Source: Candidatus Egerieisoma sp.
GTDB lineage: Bacteria; Bacillota; Clostridia; UBA1212; UBA1255
Assembly (NCBI GenBank): GCA_045125595.1
Contig: JBGVNN010000024.1
Location: 12,608 to 76,607, forward strand
DNA length: 64,000 nt
Direction of reading: 5' to 3'
In this document: piece after piece, positions 28,492 through 37,469 of the stretch
Numbering within the stretch: position 1 is the stretch's first letter
How the letters are laid out: every line of letters begins with the position of its first letter
Position numbers and translations under genes: made by a program
The notes under the pieces: generated by a model
The model's input: only the letters and a program-made list of their open reading frames with translations
Database searches by the model: none
What the model was told of the DNA's origin: nothing

Positions 28492-28566
28492 AAAGGGGTT
28501 GACAAAACAAGAGCTAATGTGTTACATTAGTCAATGCGCTTTAGGCGATGGAGGTGTTAAGTAACA

Positions 28567-28716
28567 TGAGAGTAAAAGTAACAATGGCTTGTACTGAGTG
28601 CAAACAACGTAATTACACAACAATGAAAAACAAAAAAAATAACCCTGACAGAATTGAAATGAGCAAATATTGTAAGTTCTGTAAGAAACACACAGCACAC
28701 AGAGAAACAAAGTAAT
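28567..28716 (+). CDS. rpmG: 50S ribosomal protein L33.
   Basis: [49 protein letters not shown], 49 aa. Not in the ORF track because it is under 60 aa. RBS GGAGGTG. Confidence 0.85.
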
Positions 28717-28772
28717 ATTTCTGTGGATGTAGTTTCACATTCGGGTGTTAATAAATTAAGGATGTGTTTAAA

Positions 28773-29009
28773 ATGGCTAAAGAGAAAAAAGAAAACAAAC
28801 CTAATATTTTCAAAAGAATAGGTAGTGCAATTGCCGGATTTTTTAAAGGTATTGTAGCTGAGATTAAAAAAGTTACATGGCCTACAAAGAAACAAGTTGC
28901 ACTTAACACGCTTTCTGTTTTGGCTTTTTGCTTGGTTATAGGAGCTATTATATGGCTCTCAGATTTCGGTCTGGATGCTTTGATGGGGTTAATCGCAAGA
29001 TTAAGCTGA
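28773..29009 (+). CDS. secE: Preprotein translocase subunit SecE.
   Basis: A short basic N-terminus plus a single TM helix (LSVLAFCLVIGAIIWL). Lies between rpmG and nusG. Confidence 0.8.
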   Translation: MAKEKKENKPNIFKRIGSAIAGFFKGIVAEIKKVTWPTKKQVALNTLSVLAFCLVIGAIIWLSDFGLDALMGLIARLS

Positions 29010-29078
29010 TAAGGATACGATAAATCGGTAATAAAAGCTCAAAATGATTCGTGCAAAATATTTGAAAGGAGGACAATC

Positions 29079-29612
29079 ATGTTTTTAGAGGATGTTTCGA
29101 GTGAGCCTTTGTGGTATGTAGTTCATACTTATTCAGGCTACGAAGACAAAGTTAAAAAAAGTCTTGAGACAGTTATAAAGAACAGAGGAATGCAAGATTA
29201 TTTCTTTGATATTATTATTCCTATGTTAGAAGAAGTGGAGATTAAAGACGGACGCGAAAAGTCTGCTCTTAAAAAGATATTTCCCGGATATGTCCTCGTT
29301 AAGATGATTCTTACCGATGACACTTGGTATGTTGTGCGCAATATACGTGGTGTTACAAGCTTCGTCGGTTTTGGTAATAAACCTCAAAGCTTATCAGATG
29401 AAGAGGTTTGCGCTTTGGGCGTGGATCAGACAAAGACTGTGGATTACGAGATTGGAGATACTGTGCGTATTATTTCAGGTCCTTTGGAGAATTTCACAGG
29501 TGTGGTTGAAAACATTAATGTTGAAAAATCACAAGTTAAGGTACTCGTTTCCATGTTTGGACGCGAGATTTCAGCTGAATTGGAATATTCTCAAATTCAG
29601 AGAATATTTTAA
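29079..29612 (+). CDS. nusG: Transcription termination/antitermination factor NusG.
   Basis: WYVVHTYSGYEDKVK NGN domain and a C-terminal KOW domain (GDTVRIISGPLENFTGVV). Confidence 0.9.
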   Translation: MFLEDVSSEPLWYVVHTYSGYEDKVKKSLETVIKNRGMQDYFFDIIIPMLEEVEIKDGREKSALKKIFPGYVLVKMILTDDTWYVVRNIRGVTSFVGFGNKPQSLSDEEVCALGVDQTKTVDYEIGDTVRIISGPLENFTGVVENINVEKSQVKVLVSMFGREISAELEYSQIQRIF

Positions 29613-29654
29613 TTATAAATTAATTGTTTCTTAAATTTTTTGGGAGGTGGAAAC

Positions 29655-30080
29655 ATGGCTAAAAAAGTAGTAGCATTGGTAAAGTTGCAGATTCCGGCAG
29701 GAAAGGCTGCACCGACACCACCGGTTGGACCAGCATTGGGTCAGCATGGCCTTAATATCATGGGTTTCTGTAAAGAATTCAATGAAAGAACAAAGAATGA
29801 TATGGGATTAATTATTCCTGTTGTCATCACTGTTTACGCCGATAAGACGTTTTCATTCATTACAAAGACTCCTCCTGCAGCAGTTCTTTTAAAGAAAGCT
29901 TGCAAGATTGAGACCGGCTCAGGTAAACCTAACCGTGACAAAGTTGCAAAGATCGCTAAAGCAGATCTTTTGAAGATTGCAGAGCAGAAAATGGCTGACA
30001 TGAACGCAGGTTCAGTTGAAGCAGCTGCAAGCATGCTGGCAGGTACAGCAAGAAGCATGGGTATAGTTGTTGAAGGCTAA
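29655..30080 (+). CDS. rplK: 50S ribosomal protein L11.
   Basis: [55 protein letters not shown]. Confidence 0.9.
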   Translation: MAKKVVALVKLQIPAGKAAPTPPVGPALGQHGLNIMGFCKEFNERTKNDMGLIIPVVITVYADKTFSFITKTPPAAVLLKKACKIETGSGKPNRDKVAKIAKADLLKIAEQKMADMNAGSVEAAASMLAGTARSMGIVVEG

Positions 30081-30114
30081 TCCCACGGATTTTTTGTAAA
30101 GGAGAGTGAACAAC

Positions 30115-30804
30115 GTGTTCAGAGGTAAAAAATATCAAGACAGCGCTAAACTTGTAGACAGCGCAAAACTTTATGATCCTTCCGAAGCTCTTGATCTTGT
30201 AGTGCAGACTGCAAAAGCTAAATTTGATGAAACTGTAGAAGTTCATATCAGACTTGGTGTTGACTCAAGACATGCGGATCAGCAAGTTAGAGGTGCCGTA
30301 GTTCTTCCTAACGGTACAGGTAAGACAAAGAAAGTTCTTGTTTTTGCTAAAGGTGATAAAGCTGCTGAGGCAGAGGCTGCAGGTGCAGATTTTGTTGGTG
30401 CAGAAGATCTTGTTGCAAAGATTCAAGGAGAGAATTGGTTTGGATTTGACGTAGTAGTAGCTACACCTGACATGATGGGTCTTGTAGGTCGTCTCGGTAA
30501 AGTACTCGGACCTAAAGGATTAATGCCTAACCCTAAAGCAGGTACTGTTTCAATGGATGTTAAAAAAGCAATTGAGGAATTGAAAGCCGGTAAAATTGAG
30601 TACCGTTTGGACAAGACCAACATTATTCACTGCCCCTTGGGTAAAGCATCTTTTGGCGCAGAGAAGTTGATGGAAAACTACACTACACTTTATGATGCAG
30701 TATTAAAGGCTAAACCTGCTGCAGCAAAAGGCCAATACATGAAGAGCATTGTTATTTCTACAACAATGGGCCCCGGCATCAAAATCAATCCTGCAAAGGG
30801 TTAA
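30115..30804 (+). CDS. rplA: 50S ribosomal protein L1.
   Basis: [24 protein letters not shown]. Start is probably GTG 30115 (RBS AAAGGAG), or alternatively GTG 30106. Confidence 0.85.
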   Translation: MFRGKKYQDSAKLVDSAKLYDPSEALDLVVQTAKAKFDETVEVHIRLGVDSRHADQQVRGAVVLPNGTGKTKKVLVFAKGDKAAEAEAAGADFVGAEDLVAKIQGENWFGFDVVVATPDMMGLVGRLGKVLGPKGLMPNPKAGTVSMDVKKAIEELKAGKIEYRLDKTNIIHCPLGKASFGAEKLMENYTTLYDAVLKAKPAAAKGQYMKSIVISTTMGPGIKINPAKG

Positions 30805-30829
30805 TTAGATTCGGTTTAAAACAATAAAA

Positions 30830-30990
30830 ACAGAATAATTTCGCCGAAGACAGCAGGCATCGTTAGTACGTATAAGTCCGGCCGAGGTTAACTGATTTTA
30901 TAATCACAACCCTTTTGTGTCTTTGGCATGAAAGGGTTTTCTGATTTTTATACAATGATGGGACAATTTTACAAGGAGGTGTTTGTAAGG
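30830..30990 (+). promoter_or_regulatory. rplJ (L10) leader, the probable L10(L12)4 autoregulatory region.
   Basis: A ~185-nt structured intergenic region upstream of rplJ holds a hairpin (cacaaccctttt..aaagggttttctg). Confidence 0.4.
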
Positions 30991-31485
30991 ATGCCAAGCG
31001 AGAAAATTTTAAAAGAGAAAGAAGCAGTTGTTGCTTCAATAGTAGAAGATATCAAAGATGCGGCTACTGTAGTTTTCGTTGATGCGAGAGGTTTAACAGT
31101 AGATAAAGATACTGAGCTCAGAGCAGCTCTTCGTAAAGCTGATGTTAGCTATAAAGTTCGTAAAAACACATTAACAACAAAAGCAGTTGCTCAGTTGGGT
31201 CTTGAAGGTGTTGAAGAGTTTCTTAAAGGACCTACAGCTATCGCAGCTTGCCCTACTTTGACAGATGCAGCTAAAATCATCAATGACTTTGCTAAAGAGA
31301 ACAAAGCAGTTGAGATTAAAGGCGGTATAATGGAAGGTAAGGCTATTTCAGCAGAAACTGTTAAGGAACTCGCAAGTTTGCCTTCAAAAGAAGTTCTTAT
31401 CGCAAGACTCTTGGGCAGCTTGAACGGACCTATTACAGGACTTACTATTGCGCTTAATGAATACGCTAAAAAGCTTGAAGCCTGA
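30991..31485 (+). CDS. rplJ: 50S ribosomal protein L10.
   Basis: MPSEKILKEKEAVVASIVEDIKDAATVVFVDARGLTV. RBS AAGGAGG. Confidence 0.9.
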   Translation: MPSEKILKEKEAVVASIVEDIKDAATVVFVDARGLTVDKDTELRAALRKADVSYKVRKNTLTTKAVAQLGLEGVEEFLKGPTAIAACPTLTDAAKIINDFAKENKAVEIKGGIMEGKAISAETVKELASLPSKEVLIARLLGSLNGPITGLTIALNEYAKKLEA

Positions 31486-31546
31486 GTTAAGCTAAAAAAC
31501 AGGCAACAAATTATTAAATTAAAATATTAATTGGAGGAAATTTAAA

Positions 31547-31930
31547 ATGGCTAGTGAAAAAATACAAAAATTTATTGACGATGTTAAAGCTTTAACAGTA
31601 ATCGAACTTAACGAGCTCGTTAAAGCTATGGAAGAAGAGTTTGGTGTATCTGCATCTGCTGCTGTAGCAGTTGTTGCAGGTCCTGCAGCAGGCGGAGATG
31701 CTCCTGCAGCTGCTGAGCAAACAGAGTTCGACGTTATCCTTAAGAGCGCAGGCCCCAACAAGATGAACGTTATCAAAGTTGTTAAAGAAATTACAGGCGC
31801 TTCACTTATGGAAGCTAAGAAAATCGTTGACGAAGCTCCGAAGCCTCTCAAAGAGAAAGTTAGCAAAGACGATGCAGCTGCTATCGAAGCTAAACTTAAA
31901 GAAGCTGGAGCAGAAGTTGAGGTTAAGTAA
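31547..31930 (+). CDS. rplL: 50S ribosomal protein L7/L12.
   Basis: An Ala-rich hinge and a C-terminal domain ([27 protein letters not shown]..). Confidence 0.9.
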   Translation: MASEKIQKFIDDVKALTVIELNELVKAMEEEFGVSASAAVAVVAGPAAGGDAPAAAEQTEFDVILKSAGPNKMNVIKVVKEITGASLMEAKKIVDEAPKPLKEKVSKDDAAAIEAKLKEAGAEVEVK

Positions 31931-31961
31931 TTTATTTACTTAAATTGTACCATCAATAATA

Positions 31962-32005
31962 AAACCGGATTTTCGCGTTATGCGTAAATCCGGTTTTCTG
32001 TTTTT
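31962..32005 (+). terminator. Rho-independent terminator after rplL.
   Basis: AACCGGATTT..loop..AAATCCGGTT followed by TTCTGTTTTT. Confidence 0.7.
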
Positions 32006-32015
32006 AATAGTATAT

Positions 32016-32240
32016 TTAGTCCATTATCTTCGGTATCATAGATTCCAAAGGGCTCTGGGTAGCGTCAGCAGTTGGATTTGCTGTCATTGTGGAAATAGGA
32101 GCTGTTGTAGATGGTGAAGAAGTTGTATGATTTGGATTGTCACCTACGTCTCCGTCTTTTTTTGTACAACCACAAAGGAAAAGAGCCATACATATAACAG
32201 CGATTGTTATTATGCTCAAAATAATTTTTTTTGTGTTCAT
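32016..32240 (-). CDS. Small lipoprotein.
   Basis: MNTKKIILSIITIAVICMALFLCGC lipobox, followed by a Thr/Ser/Pro-rich tail. Confidence 0.5.
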   Translation of the reverse strand: MNTKKIILSIITIAVICMALFLCGCTKKDGDVGDNPNHTTSSPSTTAPISTMTANPTADATQSPLESMIPKIMD

Positions 32241-32395
32241 AGTAAACCTCCGAAAGTTTTATATTAGAGAAATATCTCTTATTGATAATATTTGTTAAAA
32301 AAAGAATTTTATACAAAAATGTTGATTTTATGCTTGCATATTGAAGAAAAATAAGAGATAATATATAAGAAATCAAATTTATGGAGGTTTTTGTA

Positions 32396-32854
32396 ATGGC
32401 TTTTTGTGAGAAATGCGGCAAAGAGATTTCTAATGGTTCAGTTTGCACAGAATGCGCTTCAAAGGCAAATTCAAACACTGAGAAATCATTTTTTCAAACT
32501 ATTTTAGATACTAAGGATACTACAGCAGACTTTAGCAAAGAGGAAATTGAGAAAAATAAAGTAGTATGTGGTTTAGCATATATTCCGATTCTTTTCTGGC
32601 TTCCTTTGGTTGCCGGTACAAAGGGATCAAAATATTGTAAATTCCATTCAAATAATGGACTTTTACTCTTAATACTTGATGTTGTACTCGGTATAGTAAG
32701 CAGCTTGTTAGGTCTTATTCCTTTTGTTGGCGCTGTTTTGGGTTCTGTACTCGGTTTACTTACAGTAGGATATATAGTATTCGGTATGGTATTTACTTTC
32801 CAAGGTAAAGTTAAAGAGCTTCCTTTTATCGGAGGAATCAAGATTATTTCTTAA
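32396..32854 (+). CDS. Zinc-ribbon plus DUF4870-like small membrane protein.
   Basis: CEKCGKEI..CTEC zinc ribbon, then two to three TM helices. RBS TGGAGG. Confidence 0.6.
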   Translation: MAFCEKCGKEISNGSVCTECASKANSNTEKSFFQTILDTKDTTADFSKEEIEKNKVVCGLAYIPILFWLPLVAGTKGSKYCKFHSNNGLLLLILDVVLGIVSSLLGLIPFVGAVLGSVLGLLTVGYIVFGMVFTFQGKVKELPFIGGIKIIS

Positions 32855-33633
32855 TAATCAACTGAATTAGAATAGTTCAAACGGAGCTGATCTGCGATTA
32901 AAGCGATCAGCTCTTTTGCATTTAAAGAATAATTGGCGGCATCTACACTATATCCTAAAATGGTATTCAATATATAATCTTTAGTGCAAATTTCATTAAT
33001 GTAGTTAACACTCTTCAAAATAGCCCTTTCTACTTGTCGCGAATTTGAATTGTACTCTTTAGCGACTTTTTCATATAATCGACAAGAAACATCAGGTAGT
33101 TTAGTCTCTCTCTTTGCAATATGTATAATTGCGCTTTTCAAAAAATAATAACCTGAAAAGTGTACAGGTAACTTAAGTTTGTGAAGAAGTTCATCTACTT
33201 TTTGAGTATAAAATAAATCGATGTTCTTTTTATCTTGAGAGAAAAAGCCTCGACCACTTATGACGCGAAGCGTACTGCGAAGAATATCAGGATTATCAAG
33301 ATTCTCCATAAATAAGTCGGCTCCGTTTTTTATAGAATCGGATATAAGAGTTTCTCCTTCTTTAGAAGAAGCAGTAGCTATTACTTTCACGGAATGATTC
33401 TTTGCGTTACAAATTTCTTTTATTTTATTATTAACATTGTCATCTTTTCCCGATAAATCATAAATGAGGATATCAGGAGATAATAACGAACATAATTCCA
33501 CGATATTTGTAGTATTTCGAGAAGAAGCGACCACAGAAGCATTGTTTAACTGAGCGATGTTTCCGGCAACTTTTTTCAAATAATCATTATTTTCAATTAC
33601 AGTTATTATGCGTAAAGCATTTTCTTGAATCAA
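32851..33633 (-). CDS. Spo0A paralogue: an atypical, degenerate receiver domain plus a Spo0A_C-type DNA-binding domain.
   Basis: The C-terminus LPVHFSGYYFLKSAI..RQVERAI..ELIALIADQLRL parallels Spo0A_C (VPAHIKGYLYLREAI..SRVERAI..EFIAMVADKLRL). The N-terminal acidic pocket reads IENND, not DD. Confidence 0.6.
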   Translation of the reverse strand: MIQENALRIITVIENNDYLKKVAGNIAQLNNASVVASSRNTTNIVELCSLLSPDILIYDLSGKDDNVNNKIKEICNAKNHSVKVIATASSKEGETLISDSIKNGADLFMENLDNPDILRSTLRVISGRGFFSQDKKNIDLFYTQKVDELLHKLKLPVHFSGYYFLKSAIIHIAKRETKLPDVSCRLYEKVAKEYNSNSRQVERAILKSVNYINEICTKDYILNTILGYSVDAANYSLNAKELIALIADQLRLNYSNSVDY

Positions 33634-33868
33634 GAGAAACCTCCCTAATAGAAATCACTACCATATACTAACATAAAGTACGAAAAAAGTCAAACATTAC
33701 ATCGAAATTTACAGAATATGGTAAAAGAATAACGCACAAAAAATATTTCCCGGGAAATAATGTGGTTTTTTGACATAAGAGTATGTTATGTGTTAGAATG
33801 CGCCCACTCGGTAATACAAAGAAAAGTCGCAGCACGCCGATATTATTCACAAAAGAAAACATATACAA

Positions 33869-34696
33869 ATGAGAAAGGTGATTGCTGTGAGAAAAGATTC
33901 TTATTCAGTTTTAATTGTTGATGCAGACTGTGAGTTTGCTGATACATTAGGTTTGCGAGTTATAGAACGCAATAATTTGTCGTTATGTGGCAAAGTATAC
34001 AGCGGAGATGCTGTTTTGCCCGTAGTTAAAGAAAAAATGCCGGACATTATTATAATGGATTTAACTTTACCGGCGCTTGATGGTATAAGTGTTATACGAA
34101 TGCTTCAAAAAGATTTAAAGTACAAACCGGTTATTATCATTACGTCGGCATATTCAAATGATATGCAAAGATATTTGATAAACGATATTCCTAACGCATA
34201 TTTCGTCAGGAAACCAATTTCTTGTGAGCATCTTCTCGACAGAGCCGGTGATTTGGTAAAAGCAGCGACAGGCCTTTACGCAAAAGCAGCAGGAGAGAAT
34301 ATTGATGCTGAGAGAGCTTTTTATAGGATTTTAAAATACAATAACGAAGATTCTACTTTTAAAAGAGTTACAAATTTATTGCATGACTTGGGAGTTCCGG
34401 CACATCTGACCGGGTATGTATATCTAAGAGAAGCCGTTTGTATGGTAATAGATAATCCGATGTTGATTAACCACATGACAAAAACTGTTTATCCGAGTTT
34501 GGCAGACAGACATGGTAAAACAACTGCAAGTGTTGAAAAAGCAATAAGAACAGCAGTTGAAGTATCATGGAACAGAGGTAAAGTAGAGATATTAGAAGAA
34601 ATATTCGGCTTTACGGTAAATATGCAAAAAGGAAAGCCCACCAACACAGAGTATATTGCTATGCTGGCGGACCGTTATAATGTCTGGATGAAATAA
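33869..34696 (+). CDS. spo0A: Stage 0 sporulation protein A-like response regulator (receiver plus Spo0A_C).
   Basis: Receiver LIVDAD..IIIMDLTLPALDG. C-terminal GVPAHLTGYVYLREAV..ASVEKAIRTAVEVSWNRG..FGFTVNMQKGKPTNTEYIAMLADR. The true start may be GTG 33887. Confidence 0.8.
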   Translation: MRKVIAVRKDSYSVLIVDADCEFADTLGLRVIERNNLSLCGKVYSGDAVLPVVKEKMPDIIIMDLTLPALDGISVIRMLQKDLKYKPVIIITSAYSNDMQRYLINDIPNAYFVRKPISCEHLLDRAGDLVKAATGLYAKAAGENIDAERAFYRILKYNNEDSTFKRVTNLLHDLGVPAHLTGYVYLREAVCMVIDNPMLINHMTKTVYPSLADRHGKTTASVEKAIRTAVEVSWNRGKVEILEEIFGFTVNMQKGKPTNTEYIAMLADRYNVWMK

Positions 34697-34712
34697 TATT
34701 TATAAAAATATA

Positions 34713-36104
34713 TCAGAAAAGTGCTGAGCCTGTTGTTCTTGGGAAAGGAAGGACATCACGAATGTTCGGAATTCCTGTAGCGTACATAATGAGACGCTCA
34801 AAACCGAGTCCGAAACCTGCGTGCTTTGTGCCACCAAAACGGCGAAGGTCAAGATACCATTCATAACCTTCTTTTTCAAGACCCAGCTCAGCAATTCTGT
34901 TTTCAAGAATATCAATACGTTCTTCACGCTGGCTACCACCGATAATTTCACCGATGCCGGGAACAAGAAGGTCCATAGCAGCAACAGTCTTACCATCGTC
35001 ATTAAGACGCATATAGAAAGCTTTGATTTCCTTGGGATAATCTGTAACAAATACAGGTTTCTTGAAAATTTTCTCTGTAAGACAGCGCTCGTGCTCTGTT
35101 TGCAAATCGCAGCCCCAGAATACTTTATATTCAAACTGATCATTGTAAGGCTCAAGTAATTTAATTGCCTCTGTGTATGTTACATGACCGAAATCAGAGG
35201 AAGCAACGAATTTAAGTCTTTCAATAAGCTCTTTATCATAGAATTGATTGAGGAACTCAAGATCTGCAGGGCATGACTCTAAAATATAATTGAGAACATA
35301 TTTAATCATTTCCTCAGCAAGCTTCATGTCGTCTGCAAGATCCGCAAAAGCAATCTCGGGTTCAATCATCCAAAACTCTGCTGCATGACGAGCTGTATAC
35401 GATTGTTCCGCACGGAAAGTTGGTCCAAAAGTATAAATTTTGCCGAAAGCCATTGCCATAGCCTCTCCCTGAAGCTGACCTGATACTGTAAGGTACGCAC
35501 TCTTTCCGAAGAAGTCTTGTGAATAATCAACGGCGCCATCTTTCATAGGCGGATTGTCCACATCCAAAGTTGTTACGCGGAACATTTCTCCGGCACCCTC
35601 GCAGTCACTGCAAGAAATGAGCGGTGTATGTGCATAAACAAATCCGTTTGAATTAAAGAATTGATGAATTGCAAAAGCAGCGGCCGAACGAATACGAAAG
35701 GCTGCGCTGAAAGTATTTGCACGCGGACGCAAATGCGCAATTGTTCTCAAATATTCCATTGAGTGACGCTTTTTCTGAAGCGGATACTCAGGTGAAGAAG
35801 AACCTTCAACAAAAATTTCTTCTGCTTTAATCTCAAAAGGCTGCTTTGCCTCAGGAGTGAGTACTAATGTACCTGTAACCACAAGAGCAGTACCTACGTT
35901 TTGTTTTGCGATTTCCGTAAAATTATTTATAGCTTGTTCTTCAAAAACAATTTGTATTCCTTTAAAATAACTACCGTCATTTAAGTCAATAAAACCAAGC
36001 GCCTTTGAGTCGCGAATAGTACGCACCCAACCGCACACAGTTATTTTCTTATCTGCAAAGTCATTCGGTGAACTGTAAATCTTGGCAATTTCTATTCTTT
36101 GCAT
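34713..36104 (-). CDS. asnS: Asparagine--tRNA ligase.
   Basis: An N-terminal OB anticodon-binding domain ([12 protein letters not shown]) and class II motifs ([21 protein letters not shown]). RBS GAAAGGAA precedes ATG 36104. Confidence 0.8.
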   Translation of the reverse strand: MQRIEIAKIYSSPNDFADKKITVCGWVRTIRDSKALGFIDLNDGSYFKGIQIVFEEQAINNFTEIAKQNVGTALVVTGTLVLTPEAKQPFEIKAEEIFVEGSSSPEYPLQKKRHSMEYLRTIAHLRPRANTFSAAFRIRSAAAFAIHQFFNSNGFVYAHTPLISCSDCEGAGEMFRVTTLDVDNPPMKDGAVDYSQDFFGKSAYLTVSGQLQGEAMAMAFGKIYTFGPTFRAEQSYTARHAAEFWMIEPEIAFADLADDMKLAEEMIKYVLNYILESCPADLEFLNQFYDKELIERLKFVASSDFGHVTYTEAIKLLEPYNDQFEYKVFWGCDLQTEHERCLTEKIFKKPVFVTDYPKEIKAFYMRLNDDGKTVAAMDLLVPGIGEIIGGSQREERIDILENRIAELGLEKEGYEWYLDLRRFGGTKHAGFGLGFERLIMYATGIPNIRDVLPFPRTTGSALF

Positions 36105-36290
36105 ATTACCATTCCTTTCAAATAATTCAAAAGTCATTAATATAAAATTGTGCTTTAATGCACCTTCCTCTTATAATAACACAATATTGATTTAATATCA
36201 ATTATTAGAAAAGGTCGTTTTTTGCCGTGTGCGGAAAGTGGTCGCTCGCCGTGGGCTTGAGTGCAGAAACTTAACTCGTCTACATGTTGA

Positions 36291-36489
36291 TGCTTGGATT
36301 TTCTCCCACAAAAGGCCGGATTTGTTAGAGAAAAAGTCTCTCAAAGTCGCTTGAAACGGCTTTGAAGTGCCTTGAAGCAGCGTTTTCTCACAAATAACGC
36401 CCATTTTGGGGAGAAAGTTTTCTTTTTACTCCCACAAAAACGCATTTCTTGTGAATAAAAATCGTTGACAAAATTTCGGGGGGGGGATA
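36291..36489 (+). repeat. Dispersed ~195-bp intergenic repeat, copy 1. The second copy is at 54461-54654.
   Basis: About 90% identical to 54461-54654 in the same orientation. It contains an internal CTCCCACAAAA direct repeat and the hairpin GCGTTTT-ctcacaaa-TAACGC. Confidence 0.8.
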
Positions 36490-36534
36490 GCGATGCTATC
36501 GCTATAAAAATAAACAAAGGAGAGATTTGATTTT

Positions 36535-36804
36535 ATGAAATCTATATCCAAAATACTTATCTTAATTCTTGTATCTATGATGTTATTAACATCTTGTGAA
36601 ACTGATGACAAGAAAGAAGAAAATAAAGCAACAGCGCCGGCAACTGCAACTGTTACAGCAACGGCAGATAGCACCGAAACTTGTGGCGAGCGACCACTTT
36701 CCGTAGTAATAAAACGAGAAAACGTCACCAAAACGTCATACTTTTATGTTATAATTATAAAAAATAAAAGTTTGATGGAGAGATTGGAATGTCTAAGATA
36801 TTGA
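36535..36804 (+). CDS. Small lipoprotein.
   Basis: MKSISKILILILVSMMLLTSC lipobox. RBS AAAGGAGAG. Confidence 0.5.
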   Translation: MKSISKILILILVSMMLLTSCETDDKKEENKATAPATATVTATADSTETCGERPLSVVIKRENVTKTSYFYVIIIKNKSLMERLECLRY

Positions 36805-37469
36805 TAGCTGACGATAATAAACAGATAACATCCGTACTTACGGAGTATGCGAAAAAAGAAGGGTACACGGTAGAAGTTGCAACGGATGGCGTTGAAGCAA
36901 TGGAGAAATATAAAAGCTTTGAGCCCGATTTGATTTTGCTTGATGTTATGATGCCGAGAATGGATGGGTTTGAAGTTTGCAGAGATATAAGAAGGGAATC
37001 CAATGTGCCTATTATAATGGTTACGGCAAGAGGCGAAGATTTTGAAAAAATTATGGGTCTTGATATAGGCGCAGACGATTACATAGTAAAGCCGTTTTCG
37101 TGCGGGGAAGTTATGGCAAGAGTAAGAGCTATACTTCGAAGAATCAATATAAGCAAAGAAAATGATAAAATATTCAAATGCGGCAATCTCACAATTAATC
37201 TTGAAAATTATGTTGTTGAGATAGATAACATTCCGCTCAGACTTACAAAAAAAGAAATAGAAATACTGTGGACACTTTCAAATAATTCAAATAAGGTGTT
37301 TTCAAGAGATTCGCTTTTGGATAAATTGTGGGGATATGATTTTTATGGAGACAGCAGAACAGTTGATTCGCATATAAAGAGACTTCGTGCAAAATTGGAC
37401 GAACACCCGCATCAAGGATGGGAAATTGAGACAATTTGGGGAGTAGGCTACAAGTTTGCCATTAAATAA
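36789..37469 (+). CDS. OmpR-family response regulator.
   Basis: Receiver LIADDN..LLDVMMPRMDG..KPF, plus a winged-helix C-terminus (VDSHIKRLRAKL, GVGYKF). Confidence 0.9.
   Translation: MSKILIADDNKQITSVLTEYAKKEGYTVEVATDGVEAMEKYKSFEPDLILLDVMMPRMDGFEVCRDIRRESNVPIIMVTARGEDFEKIMGLDIGADDYIVKPFSCGEVMARVRAILRRINISKENDKIFKCGNLTINLENYVVEIDNIPLRLTKKEIEILWTLSNNSNKVFSRDSLLDKLWGYDFYGDSRTVDSHIKRLRAKLDEHPHQGWEIETIWGVGYKFAIK

Noticed and set aside
27786-28505. A 239-aa minus-strand ORF antisense to cvpA.
   Set aside because: The plus-strand ORF has a characteristic CvpA N-terminus and an RBS. The antisense ORF is a shadow ORF.
36198-36404. Small minus-strand ORFs (68 and 72 aa) at 36198-36404 and 54388-54606 encoding similar peptides (..CEK.LLQG.SK.FQA..RDFFSNKS.LLWEK..).
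   Set aside because: Their similarity is confined to the overlap with the ~195-bp DNA repeat. The N- and C-terminal parts outside the repeat are unrelated, and there is no RBS. This is most likely non-coding.
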